Source: Thermoplasmata archaeon (GTDB lineage Archaea > Thermoplasmatota > Thermoplasmata > RBG-16-68-12 > JAGMCJ01). From it: a DNA stretch of 64,000 nucleotides. Where the stretch lies: contig JBHIFI010000002.1 in NCBI GenBank assembly GCA_046761005.1, forward strand, positions 1,914 to 65,913, written 5' to 3'. Position numbers and translations under genes: made by a program. Shown here piece after piece: positions 17,632-26,442 of the stretch (positions within the stretch are counted from its first letter, which is position 1; every line of letters starts with the position of its first letter). Under the pieces are notes generated by a model that was not told where the DNA came from, searched no databases, and saw only the letters and a program-made list of their open reading frames with translations.

Positions 17632-18753
17632 ATGAAAGTTCTGCAGGTTGCTCCATACTTCCATCCCCACGTCGGGGGAGTTGAGTCGCATGTTCTCGAC
17701 TTATCCAGAAAGCTTGCCGAGTTTGGTTTTCAAATCGAAATTGTTACGAGCATGTATGAGAGAATGAAGGAAAGGGAAAGGGTCTTCAGACTGGATGTCG
17801 TTAGACTAAAGCCTATCGCTATCCGATGGAAAACACCTATCACTTTCAAGCTGCGAAAGTACGTCGCCTCAAGTGACGCTGATATTGTTCATGCGCACAG
17901 TCCTCCTCCTCTAGACTCCTATTTCGCTGCGAGAGCGTGCGAGTCCTCAGGCAAACCTTTCGTCATCACGTATCACTGTGATCTCGAAATCCCAGGAATC
18001 CTGGGACCACTTATTGTATGGATGTATGAGAAGACCTTTGGCTCCTATACTGTGAGCTCTGCTGACAAGATCATAGTGACCACGGGCACCTATGCGGCAA
18101 CGTCAAGGACTGTCTGGAAATACCTCCCGGCGGTTATCCCGAATGCTGTGGACTCAAAGATGTTCAATCCATCTCTTGACGGGTCGGAAATCAGGGAAAT
18201 GCACAACATCGGAAATGATGAGAAGTTGGTCCTATTCGTGGGAAGGCTTGTGAGCCACAAAGGGATTGAGCACCTTCTGGATGCAGCAAAGCTCGTCTCG
18301 GATGCAAGATTCGTCATTGTGGGAGGAGGGGAATTCGCAGAGGAATTCACGAGAAGATCTCACCATCTAGGAACAGCTGGAAATGTGATATTCGCTGGGA
18401 GGGTTCCCTACTCTGATCTTCCGAAATACTATGCGGCTTGCGACCTCTCTGTCCTTCCATCTGTTTCCAGATTGGAGGCGTTTGGCATTGCGGCACTCGA
18501 GGCGATGTCCTCGGGAAGGCCTGTGGTCGTCAGTGACATCCCTGGTGTGAGAGAAGTTATTACAGACGGAGAGGAGGGATTGCTCTGTGAGCCAATGAAT
18601 CCTGAGGACCTGGCAAAGAAGATCTCTCTCCTTCTGGAGGACGATGCAACCCGCCTGAGGATGGGTTCAAAAGGCAGAGAGAAAATAGAGAAATGCTTTG
18701 ACATTGGGACGGTCGCCAAAAAGGTAGCAGAGGTCTACGAATCCCTGCTCTAA
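17632..18753 (+). CDS. Glycosyltransferase, GT4 family
   Basis: Starts MKVLQVAPYFHPHVGGVESHV. The C-terminal E(A/G)FG..LEAM..G.PVV motif (EAFGIAALEAMSSGRPVVVSDIPG) is typical of GT-B GT4 enzymes. Confidence 0.8.
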   Translation: MKVLQVAPYFHPHVGGVESHVLDLSRKLAEFGFQIEIVTSMYERMKERERVFRLDVVRLKPIAIRWKTPITFKLRKYVASSDADIVHAHSPPPLDSYFAARACESSGKPFVITYHCDLEIPGILGPLIVWMYEKTFGSYTVSSADKIIVTTGTYAATSRTVWKYLPAVIPNAVDSKMFNPSLDGSEIREMHNIGNDEKLVLFVGRLVSHKGIEHLLDAAKLVSDARFVIVGGGEFAEEFTRRSHHLGTAGNVIFAGRVPYSDLPKYYAACDLSVLPSVSRLEAFGIAALEAMSSGRPVVVSDIPGVREVITDGEEGLLCEPMNPEDLAKKISLLLEDDATRLRMGSKGREKIEKCFDIGTVAKKVAEVYESLL

Positions 18754-19136
18754 TCTATCACTTCAAGGTCCATGGGTTCTCCATAGAGATCGAAAGCCCG
18801 CCAAGAATTCTCATCGAATGGAACGCCTGTTATGATGTGAATGTATCCAAACTTCTGAAAGAGGAAGATATCTGCCCCAGAGGGTGTTATACTACCAGTG
18901 GGATGCGAATGGGCGGTCCCAACGACAGAGAAATCGATTGGGAGCATGTGCAATCGAAATATCGCAGATTTCGAACCTGAGAGGGTGCCTGGAAGCAGCA
19001 TTATCTCCATTATCACCCCCTCTTCAGCCCTGAGAATAGCTCCAAACTCGTTCGGATAGGTTTCCCGCGAAGCCTCCAATATCATTTGAAGAGTTTCCCT
19101 CTTTATCGCACTTGCCCTTTTCCTTTTGAATGGCAT
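18750..19136 (-). CDS. JAB/MPN (JAMM) metalloprotease-domain protein
   Basis: JAMM motif E-x(n)-H-S-H-P-x(7)-S-x(2)-D, seen as AHSHPTGSITPSGAD. The true start is possibly the internal Met (MILEASRE, about 19085). Confidence 0.7.
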   Translation of the reverse strand: MPFKRKRASAIKRETLQMILEASRETYPNEFGAILRAEEGVIMEIMLLPGTLSGSKSAIFRLHMLPIDFSVVGTAHSHPTGSITPSGADIFLFQKFGYIHIITGVPFDENSWRAFDLYGEPMDLEVID

Positions 19137-19143
19137 CTCCTCA

Positions 19144-19947
19144 CTATACCATCAGCTTCTCTCTGATTCTTTGATAGAAATCCTCGTGGAAACGAACGAA
19201 CCTCGCCTTCTTTTCCGAGACCCCAAGCTTGACCTCTTCCTTTCCATCGAGGTCGATCTCAACTTGACCGTCGAGGACCAGTTTGCACGGTTTTGGATCG
19301 GAGATTCTCAATGAAATCTCGCTCTGTACTGGAACAATCAGCGGTCTAGCCGAGAGCTTGAATGGGGCTATGGGAACCACGACGACAGCCTCGACCCTTG
19401 GGTCTATGATCGGTCCGCCAGCACTCATCGCGTAGCAGGTGGATCCTGTAGGTGTTGCAATTATCACCGCATCTGCTCTTATGCTCTCGGCGGGCTGTCC
19501 ATCGATCTCTATGTCAAAGGCTCTCATCTTTGCTATGTGTGCCGTATTGAGGACCGCCTCATTCGTGCAATCTGGAACCCTTTTTCCATTCACCGAAGCC
19601 TTCAATTTGAGCCTTTCGTCAATCGCGTAGTCTCCTCTGATTATCCTCTCGAGGGCGCTTTCTATTTCGTTGACCTGAATCTCTGTCAGGAAACCCAGAA
19701 CACCAGCATTTATCCCGAATATCGGAGAGGAATTTCTTTGAAGAGCGGAAAGGATTGTGCCGTCACCCCCAATTGTGATTAGAACATCTGTATCAACATC
19801 CTCCAAAGGAGACCCCTTCAATCCGATCTTTTTCGCAAGATTCTCCTCCAACAATATTTCGTGGTCTGGCTTCAAATATTCTGTGATGCGGCTAACTACG
19901 GTGATTCTCCCCTCCTTCTCAGTGCTGCAGAAAATCCCAAATTTCAT
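19144..19947 (-). CDS. nadK: NAD+ kinase
   Basis: GGDGT motif (ITIGGDGTILSAL) and NxGxLGFL (NAGVLGFLTE). The conserved C-terminal domain is present. Confidence 0.85.
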   Translation of the reverse strand: MKFGIFCSTEKEGRITVVSRITEYLKPDHEILLEENLAKKIGLKGSPLEDVDTDVLITIGGDGTILSALQRNSSPIFGINAGVLGFLTEIQVNEIESALERIIRGDYAIDERLKLKASVNGKRVPDCTNEAVLNTAHIAKMRAFDIEIDGQPAESIRADAVIIATPTGSTCYAMSAGGPIIDPRVEAVVVVPIAPFKLSARPLIVPVQSEISLRISDPKPCKLVLDGQVEIDLDGKEEVKLGVSEKKARFVRFHEDFYQRIREKLMV

Positions 19948-20705
19948 CTCAGAACCTCCAATACCCTCTTATCTCCTACGGCCATGAAGTTTGATCTTTC
20001 GGTAATGTCGAACTTCATCTCAAGTTCCTTGCCCTCCATATCCAGAACTTCCCCGCCAGCTTCTCTTACGATAAGTGTGCCTGCGGCGATATCGATGATT
20101 CTTAACATTGCCTCGCACTCCACATAGTATAGATCGGCCTGACCGCTGGCGACCATGCACATTTCGAGAGAGGCAGCACCATAGGAACGCGCTCGTCTAG
20201 CCCTAGAGGCAATTTCAAACGAGCGTGGACTTGCTAGTTTCCCCATGTAAACGATGAATAGCGATTTTTCTGGGTCGAAAACAGCAGTTCTTATTCTCCC
20301 GCCATTTTGGAAGGCACCTTTGCCCTTTTCAGCATAGCATACGTCACCGTTGGAGAGACTCTTGACCAGTCCGTATCTAACATTCGAGAGACAGCTCTCG
20401 CCAATTGCCATGGAAATCGCGTAGAAAGGCGTCCCCAACAAGGCATTGAACGTCCCGTCTACAGGATCTAGGACGAGCGTCAGATCCGATCCATTGTCGA
20501 TGAAATCTGCCTCTTCGCTCAATATGTTCAGGGGGACATCCTCCCGTTCGACCTTGTTGATGATAACGCTCTCAGCAATCTCATCAATTTTTGATGTCGG
20601 TGTACCGTCTGCACCAAGACCCACTTCTTCTGAGAAATTCTTTCGCAAGGATGAGTTGAGTGTCTTGTAGACTTCCTCAGCTGCCTCGAATAGGAACTTC
20701 TTCAC
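19944..20705 (-). CDS. suhB: Inositol monophosphatase / fructose-1,6-bisphosphatase family protein (archaeal IMPase/FBPase/NADP phosphatase-like)
   Basis: Metal-binding motifs ...DPVDGT (LVLDPVDGTFNA) and ...WD.AAG-like C-terminal block (IIDIAAGTLIVREAGG). It overlaps nadK by 4 nt. Confidence 0.8.
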   Translation of the reverse strand: MKKFLFEAAEEVYKTLNSSLRKNFSEEVGLGADGTPTSKIDEIAESVIINKVEREDVPLNILSEEADFIDNGSDLTLVLDPVDGTFNALLGTPFYAISMAIGESCLSNVRYGLVKSLSNGDVCYAEKGKGAFQNGGRIRTAVFDPEKSLFIVYMGKLASPRSFEIASRARRARSYGAASLEMCMVASGQADLYYVECEAMLRIIDIAAGTLIVREAGGEVLDMEGKELEMKFDITERSNFMAVGDKRVLEVLR

Positions 20706-20963
20706 ATTCTCAGTAATCGACTCCGTCCTTAAAGTTTTATTTAGTCCTGCAGTCGAGGTGCAACCTCAAGGGGCGAATCCTTTGCATATTGGTGATATGG
20801 ACTGTGTTTGTGGAAGCCATTCAGTAGCGGGCGTTCTTGCCGGGTGTACGGTGATGTAGAATGGATAGTCGATCCTGTCCCTTTGCCCCTTCTCCTAGAA
20901 ACTTTGACATGGTGCTGGCTTTGCTAGCTAACAAGGTCCAAAAGGTATCTCTTTGGCCACTTA

Positions 20964-21159
20964 GACCAACGATTCTACATCACCCGGGTGTACGGCCATG
21001 TAGAAAAAGAAGTGTAGAGACAGAAGTCGATTATTATAAGAGATTTCGAAATATAAAACTGAAAGAGTAGCAAGAAATCCGAGAATTCGGCGATTTTGAG
21101 ACAATACACCGACTTTTCTACACCGCCCGGGTGTACTTTCAGTAGGTTTATATAGAAGA
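20964..21159. repeat. MITE-like element copy A. It has a 20-nt conserved flank (20964-20983), the 11-nt CGGGTGTACGG, a 133-nt core (20995-21127) 100% identical to 55595-55727, the CGGGTGTAC direct repeat, and then TATA TTTATATAGAAGA (21147-21159)
   Basis: I aligned the two loci by hand and found the core identical over 133 nt. Core ends are GTAGAAAAAG ... CTTTTCTAC (an imperfect TIR). In this locus the core is flanked by a perfect 9-bp direct repeat (20984-20992 and 21128-21136). Confidence 0.8.
21147..21159 (+). promoter_or_regulatory. TATA box TTTATATAGAAGA for the thermosome gene (string)
   Basis: Consensus archaeal TATA about 46 nt upstream of ATG 21205, with a GGAGGTGA Shine-Dalgarno at 21191-21198. 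The same 13-mer precedes gene 55791. Confidence 0.6.
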
Positions 21160-21204
21160 ACAAACATAGCGATTAAGAACATATCAACCGGGAGGTGAGA
21201 GATT

Positions 21205-22836
21205 ATGATGACAGGAACGACACCTGTATTGGTGTTGAAGGAAGGAACGAGAAGAGAAAGGGGAAAAGGAGCGAAGGTAAACAACATCGCCGCTGCCAAG
21301 GCCGTCGCTGATGCAGTTCGTTCAAGCCTCGGACCACGAGGAATGGACAAGATGCTGGTGGATAGCATGGGAGATGTTGTCATCACCAATGATGGTGTGA
21401 CAATACTGAAAGAGATAGACATAGAGCATCCGGCGGCGAAGATGGTTGTGGAAGTAGCAAAGACGCAAGATGAAGAAGTCGGAGACGGAACAACCACCGC
21501 AGTAATTCTTGCAGGCGAGCTGCTGAAGAAATCAGAAGACCTGATAGAGCAGAACGTTCACCCAACAATAATAGCTGGCGGATACAGGATGGCTGCTGAC
21601 AAGTCGGTCGAGATACTGACAAAGATTGCGAAGAGGGTCAACATAAGAGATAAGAAGCTGCTGAGGGAGATAGCGGCTACGGCGATGATAAGTAAGGCCG
21701 TTGGATCGCACAGGGACCTTCTGGCCGACATCGCGGTTGAAGCAGTCACTACGGTTGCTGAAAAAGCCGAAGACGGAAGGCATGTAATTGATGAGGACAA
21801 TATCCAGGTTGTGAAGAAGCAGGGAGCGGGCATTGCCGACACCGAGCTGATTCCAGGAATAATCGTGGACAAGGAGAGAGTACATCCTGGCATGCCAAAG
21901 AATGTGAAGAAGGCAAAGATTGCACTAGTCGATTCCGCCATGGAAGTCAAGAAAACGGAGATAGACGCAAAGATTGAGATTACAGACCCGACGCAACTTC
22001 AGGCATTCCTAAAGGAAGAAGAAAGGATGCTGAAGGACATGGTGGACAGGGTCAATAAGTCAGGGGCAAACGTCCTCTTCTGCCAGAAGGGCATTGACGA
22101 TTTGGCACAGCACTATCTAGCTAAAGAGGGAGTCTATGCAGTTCGCAGGGTCAAGAAGTCAGACATGGAGAAATTGGCCAAGGCGACCGGAGCGACGATA
22201 ATCTCGAAGATCGACGAGCTGAGAAAGGTAGACCTGGGATCAGCGAGTGAGGTCTATGAGAAGAAGATAGGCGACGATGAGATGACATTCGTCACCGGGT
22301 GCAAGAACCCAAAGGCCGTGTCTGTACTTCTCAGAGGCGGAACAGAACACGTCGTCGATGAACTGGAGAGATCCTTTGAGGACGCCGTATGCGTCTCGAG
22401 TGTTACAATCGAGGACGGAAAGATGATAACTGGCGGAGGTTCCGCGGCAACGGAAATCGCGCTTGGACTCAGGGAATTTGCCGCTTCCGTTGGCGGAAGA
22501 GAACAGATAGCCATCGATGCTTTTGCTGATGCTATGGAGGTTATTCCAAGAACACTCGCAGAAAACGCAGGTATGGATCCGATAGATACCCTGATAAACC
22601 TCAGGAAAGAGCACAAGAAAGGAAAGAAGACAACCGGGGTAAATGTCTTTACTGGGAAGCTGTCGGATATGAGGAGAGGGAGCGTCCTTGAGCCAATACG
22701 CGTTGGGACGCAGGCAATCCAGTCAGCAACAGATGCCGCAGTAATGATTCTGAGAATCGATGATGTTATCGCATCGAAGGGAGTAGAACCAACGCCACCT
22801 GGTGAAGGACCCGGTGGAGAAGAGGAAGAGTTCTAG
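21205..22836 (+). CDS. ths: Thermosome subunit (group II chaperonin)
   Basis: [18 protein letters not shown] and GDGTTT motifs, and a GGGS...ATE-type C-terminal region. 543 aa. Confidence 0.92.
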   Translation: MMTGTTPVLVLKEGTRRERGKGAKVNNIAAAKAVADAVRSSLGPRGMDKMLVDSMGDVVITNDGVTILKEIDIEHPAAKMVVEVAKTQDEEVGDGTTTAVILAGELLKKSEDLIEQNVHPTIIAGGYRMAADKSVEILTKIAKRVNIRDKKLLREIAATAMISKAVGSHRDLLADIAVEAVTTVAEKAEDGRHVIDEDNIQVVKKQGAGIADTELIPGIIVDKERVHPGMPKNVKKAKIALVDSAMEVKKTEIDAKIEITDPTQLQAFLKEEERMLKDMVDRVNKSGANVLFCQKGIDDLAQHYLAKEGVYAVRRVKKSDMEKLAKATGATIISKIDELRKVDLGSASEVYEKKIGDDEMTFVTGCKNPKAVSVLLRGGTEHVVDELERSFEDAVCVSSVTIEDGKMITGGGSAATEIALGLREFAASVGGREQIAIDAFADAMEVIPRTLAENAGMDPIDTLINLRKEHKKGKKTTGVNVFTGKLSDMRRGSVLEPIRVGTQAIQSATDAAVMILRIDDVIASKGVEPTPPGEGPGGEEEEF

Positions 22837-22889
22837 CCTCCCGTTTCGAGCAAAGTCAACCGGCTCAACTACGATAGGGAGTAGCTTCG

Positions 22890-23414
22890 ATGCCGAATCC
22901 GACTAAGAAGACCAGGAAGCAGACTACGAAGACTCTGCAGTCGAAAATCAGAAAGCTCAAGAAAGATCTGAAAAAGCAAAAAGAGGAAGCTCATGATTGG
23001 CACTCAAAGCTGGTATATCTTCAAGCCGAGCTCGAGAACTTCAAGAAGCGGGCCGATAAGGAAAGAGAAGAATTCACAAGATATGCGAATCGACAACTAT
23101 TTGAAAAGCTTCTCCCAATATTGGATGACTTGGATTCCGCGGTCGAGTCGTTAAAGAATAGCGAGGGTGAGGCTAGCCAGGGCGTTGAGATGATAAGGAG
23201 TAATCTTCTTGAGCTACTTAAGAGTGAGGGACTCGAAGAAATTGAATGCCTGGGAGAGATCGTGGACCCATATAAGCATGAGGTTGTTCATACAATCTCA
23301 GATGATTCGGTTGAAGACAACACTGTGGCGGAAGTTGTCCAAAAAGGATATGTTTACAATCATCGGGTAATTAGGCCGTCTAGGGTCGTTGCCGTTAAGA
23401 ATACGGAGGAATGA
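22890..23414 (+). CDS. grpE: GrpE nucleotide exchange factor
   Basis: Coiled-coil N-terminus ([19 protein letters not shown]) followed by the GrpE beta-sheet domain ([22 protein letters not shown]). Confidence 0.85.
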   Translation: MPNPTKKTRKQTTKTLQSKIRKLKKDLKKQKEEAHDWHSKLVYLQAELENFKKRADKEREEFTRYANRQLFEKLLPILDDLDSAVESLKNSEGEASQGVEMIRSNLLELLKSEGLEEIECLGEIVDPYKHEVVHTISDDSVEDNTVAEVVQKGYVYNHRVIRPSRVVAVKNTEE

Positions 23415-23416
23415 GG

Positions 23417-25264
23417 ATGGCGAAAATCATCGGTATTGATTTGGGAACAACAAACTCGGAAGCAGCATATTTGGAAGCAGGAAGGCCCAAAATCATACCT
23501 AGTGCGGAGGGAAGTACCTTCGGTGGAAAGATGTTTCCCTCTGTCGTAGCCTTCACGAAGGAGGGCGAGAGAATCGTCGGTGAACCCGCCAAGAGACAGG
23601 CGGTTCTCAATCCTGAACGGACAATAATGAGAATCAAGAGGAAGATGGGGACCGATTACAGCGTCAAAATCGATGATAAAGAGTTCACAGCACAAGAGAT
23701 CTCAGCGATGATACTCCAGAAAATCAAGACAGATTCTGAAGCCTTTCTTGGCGAGGAGGTCAAGCGGGCAGTCATAACTGTTCCTGCATATTTCAATGAC
23801 AATCAGAGGACAGCTACAAAGGATGCAGGAAAGATCGCAGGTTTGGATGTGCTGAGGCTGATAAACGAGCCCACAGCTGCTTCTCTTGCCTACGGACTCG
23901 ATAAGGCTCAAGAACAGAAACTTCTAGTTCTGGACCTCGGTGGAGGAACGTTTGATGTGACAGTTATGGAGATGGGTGAAGGCGTTTTCGAGGTGGTGGC
24001 AACAAGCGGGGATACCCATCTTGGCGGAACTGATATGGACAACGAGTTGATAGATTGGGTTCTGAAGGAATTCAAGGAAAAGGAGGGCATTGATTTGTCT
24101 GATGACAGAAATGCCATGCAAAGGATTCGCGATGCGTGTGAGAGGGCCAAGATAGAATTGAGTAGCACTCTCTCAACAACGATAAATCTTCCTTTCATCG
24201 CTCAGAAAGATGACCAGCCCAGGCATTTGGAGATGAAACTAACGCGTGCCAAACTAGAAGAGCTGGTGGAACCTATTCTTAAGAGATGTGAGAATCCCAT
24301 TCATCAGGCTCTCAGTGATGCAAAGCTGAAGTTAGGGGAGATCGGCAAGGTCATTCTTGTGGGCGGTCCAACGAGAATGCCAATCGTCCGTGAGAGATTT
24401 GAGAAAATCCTGGGTAAGAAGGCGGAAAGGGGAGTGGATCCCATGCAGTGTGTTGCTATGGGAGCAGCCATACAGGCTGGAGTTCTCGCGGGCGAAGTCA
24501 AGGACCTCGTTCTCCTAGATGTTACTCCCCTCTCTCTCGGAGTGGAGACCCTCGGTGGCATTACAACACGATTAGTAGATCGAAACACGACCATTCCGAC
24601 GAAGAAAACACAAATATTCACGACGGCCGCCGACGGACAACCGAGCGTAGAAATCCATGTTCTTCAGGGAGAGAGGGAAATGGCAGTCGACAATACCACA
24701 CTGGGAAGATTCCATCTTGTGGGTATACCTCCCGCTCCAAGAGGCATTCCGCAGATTGAGGTTTCATTCGACATTGATGCTAACGGCATCCTTAATGTCT
24801 CAGCGAAGGACCTCGGAACTGGAAGGGAGCAGAAGATAACCATAACCGCAAGCACAAAGCTTTCGCAGGAGGAAATCGATAGAGCGATGAAGGAAGCCGA
24901 GAAATACGCTGAGGAGGATGTGAAGAAGAGGGAAGCAGTCGAGGCCAGGAATCAGGCCGATTCACTCATATATGCGACCGAGAAGACGCTCAAGGAGATG
25001 GGCGACAAGCTGAGTGAGGACACAAAGAAGGCCGTTCAAGCTGCTGTAGAGGATCTCAAGAAGGCCCTCGAAGGGGATGATATCTCCGAGATCAAGTCCA
25101 AAACGCAGAAACTGATCGAGGAATCCCAGAAGATTGGTGCGGAGGTATATCAACAGGCGGCGGCTCAACAAGCCACATCTGCTGAGACACCTCCCGAGGA
25201 TGAAAAGAAAGAAGAAGCGGACAATGTGGTGGACGCTGACTACAGGGTTGTGGACGAAGAATAA
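23417..25264 (+). CDS. dnaK: Chaperone DnaK (Hsp70)
   Basis: Starts [14 protein letters not shown] (ATG 23417, which sits 9 nt after GGAGG; the ORF track begins at 23411). Also DLGGGTFD and the EEVD-like acidic C-terminus. Confidence 0.92.
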   Translation: MAKIIGIDLGTTNSEAAYLEAGRPKIIPSAEGSTFGGKMFPSVVAFTKEGERIVGEPAKRQAVLNPERTIMRIKRKMGTDYSVKIDDKEFTAQEISAMILQKIKTDSEAFLGEEVKRAVITVPAYFNDNQRTATKDAGKIAGLDVLRLINEPTAASLAYGLDKAQEQKLLVLDLGGGTFDVTVMEMGEGVFEVVATSGDTHLGGTDMDNELIDWVLKEFKEKEGIDLSDDRNAMQRIRDACERAKIELSSTLSTTINLPFIAQKDDQPRHLEMKLTRAKLEELVEPILKRCENPIHQALSDAKLKLGEIGKVILVGGPTRMPIVRERFEKILGKKAERGVDPMQCVAMGAAIQAGVLAGEVKDLVLLDVTPLSLGVETLGGITTRLVDRNTTIPTKKTQIFTTAADGQPSVEIHVLQGEREMAVDNTTLGRFHLVGIPPAPRGIPQIEVSFDIDANGILNVSAKDLGTGREQKITITASTKLSQEEIDRAMKEAEKYAEEDVKKREAVEARNQADSLIYATEKTLKEMGDKLSEDTKKAVQAAVEDLKKALEGDDISEIKSKTQKLIEESQKIGAEVYQQAAAQQATSAETPPEDEKKEEADNVVDADYRVVDEE

Positions 25265-25296
25265 GGTTTAATATTTTGGCCGTTCTTATGTAAACC

Positions 25297-26439
25297 GTGG
25301 CCAAGAGAGACTATTACGAGGTTCTCGGGGTCGATAGGTCAGCACCCAAAGAGGAGATCAAGAGAGCTTATAGAAGACTCGCAAAGAAATATCATCCAGA
25401 CATGAACAAGGACAACCCCAAGGCCGCAGAGGAAAAGTTTAAGGAAATATCGGAAGCTTACGAGGTCCTCGCGGATGAGCAAAAGAGGCTGGCATATGAT
25501 CAGTTTGGCTTCGCAGGAGTAGAATCCCAATTCACCAGAGGCGGATTTAGCTGGTCAGATTTCACGCATTTTAATGATATAGAAGACATTTTTGGAAGGG
25601 ACCTCTTTAGGGATTTTTTTGGTGAAGGCATATTCGACAGTTTCTTTGGCGGGCGACGGGTGAGAAGAGGGCCACGGAGGGGCCGGGACCTCAGAATAGA
25701 TGTGGAAATCGATTTGGAGGATGTGTTGAGTGGAGTTACCAAGAATCTGAGGGTTCCTCACACAACCAAATGCGGTGAGTGCAAGGGAACAGGGGCAGAA
25801 AGCGGGAAGACTAGAACGTGCAGCCTATGCAATGGTTCGGGTCAAATTCAGAATGTCTCGAGGCAAGGTTTCAGTCAGTTCATAAGGATAACGACATGTC
25901 AGCGATGCAATGGATCCGGATCGGTTTTTGAGAGGAAATGCAAGGAGTGTGGCGGAAGCGGGTTGGCTCATAAAACGAGTTCGATTGACATCAACATTCC
26001 GAAAGGCGCGTATACGGGCCTCAGGCTCAAAGTCCCAGGGGAGGGTGAGGCGGGGGATCATGGAGCGGCTCCCGGGAATCTCTATGTCGTTGTGCATTTG
26101 AAGCCTCATGAGATCTTTGAGAGGGAGGGGGATGACCTCTGGGTGCAAGTTCCCATAACCTTTTCGCAGGCAGCCCTGGGGGCTAAGATTAGAGTGCCAA
26201 CGTTGAATGGGAAGGCCGAGTTGAAGATTCCGAGCGGGACTCAGACTCACACGACATTCCGCCTAAGAGGAAAGGGCCTGCCCCGCATTGATGGATATGG
26301 CCGGGGAGATCAGCTAGTTCAAGTAGTCGTTGCGGTACCTGGTAAGCTCACATCAGAACAGAGAAAACTCTTGGAGGCCTTCCAGAAGCTGGCGGGAGAC
26401 TACACATTATCGCGAGGGTTTTTCAAGAGGAAAAAATAG
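25297..26439 (+). CDS. dnaJ: Chaperone DnaJ (Hsp40)
   Basis: J domain (DYYEVLGV...KKYHPD), G/F-rich linker, four CxxCxGxG zinc-finger repeats ([32 protein letters not shown]). GTG start. Confidence 0.9.
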   Translation: MAKRDYYEVLGVDRSAPKEEIKRAYRRLAKKYHPDMNKDNPKAAEEKFKEISEAYEVLADEQKRLAYDQFGFAGVESQFTRGGFSWSDFTHFNDIEDIFGRDLFRDFFGEGIFDSFFGGRRVRRGPRRGRDLRIDVEIDLEDVLSGVTKNLRVPHTTKCGECKGTGAESGKTRTCSLCNGSGQIQNVSRQGFSQFIRITTCQRCNGSGSVFERKCKECGGSGLAHKTSSIDINIPKGAYTGLRLKVPGEGEAGDHGAAPGNLYVVVHLKPHEIFEREGDDLWVQVPITFSQAALGAKIRVPTLNGKAELKIPSGTQTHTTFRLRGKGLPRIDGYGRGDQLVQVVVAVPGKLTSEQRKLLEAFQKLAGDYTLSRGFFKRKK

Positions 26440-26442
26440 ACC

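Noticed and set aside
20838-21160. Possible CRISPR array, suggested by the repeated CCGGGTGTACGG and identical blocks
   Set aside because: Only 2-3 irregularly spaced short repeats and two distant copies of a 133-bp block are present. There are no regularly spaced repeat-spacer units and no cas genes in the window.
20975-21163. Small ORFs 20975-21163 (-) and 55574-55843 (-) sharing an identical 38-aa stretch ([43 protein letters not shown])
   Set aside because: The identity merely reflects the 133-bp duplicated element they read through. The sequence is AT-rich with low-complexity translation, the start contexts differ, and both ORFs run across TATA boxes.
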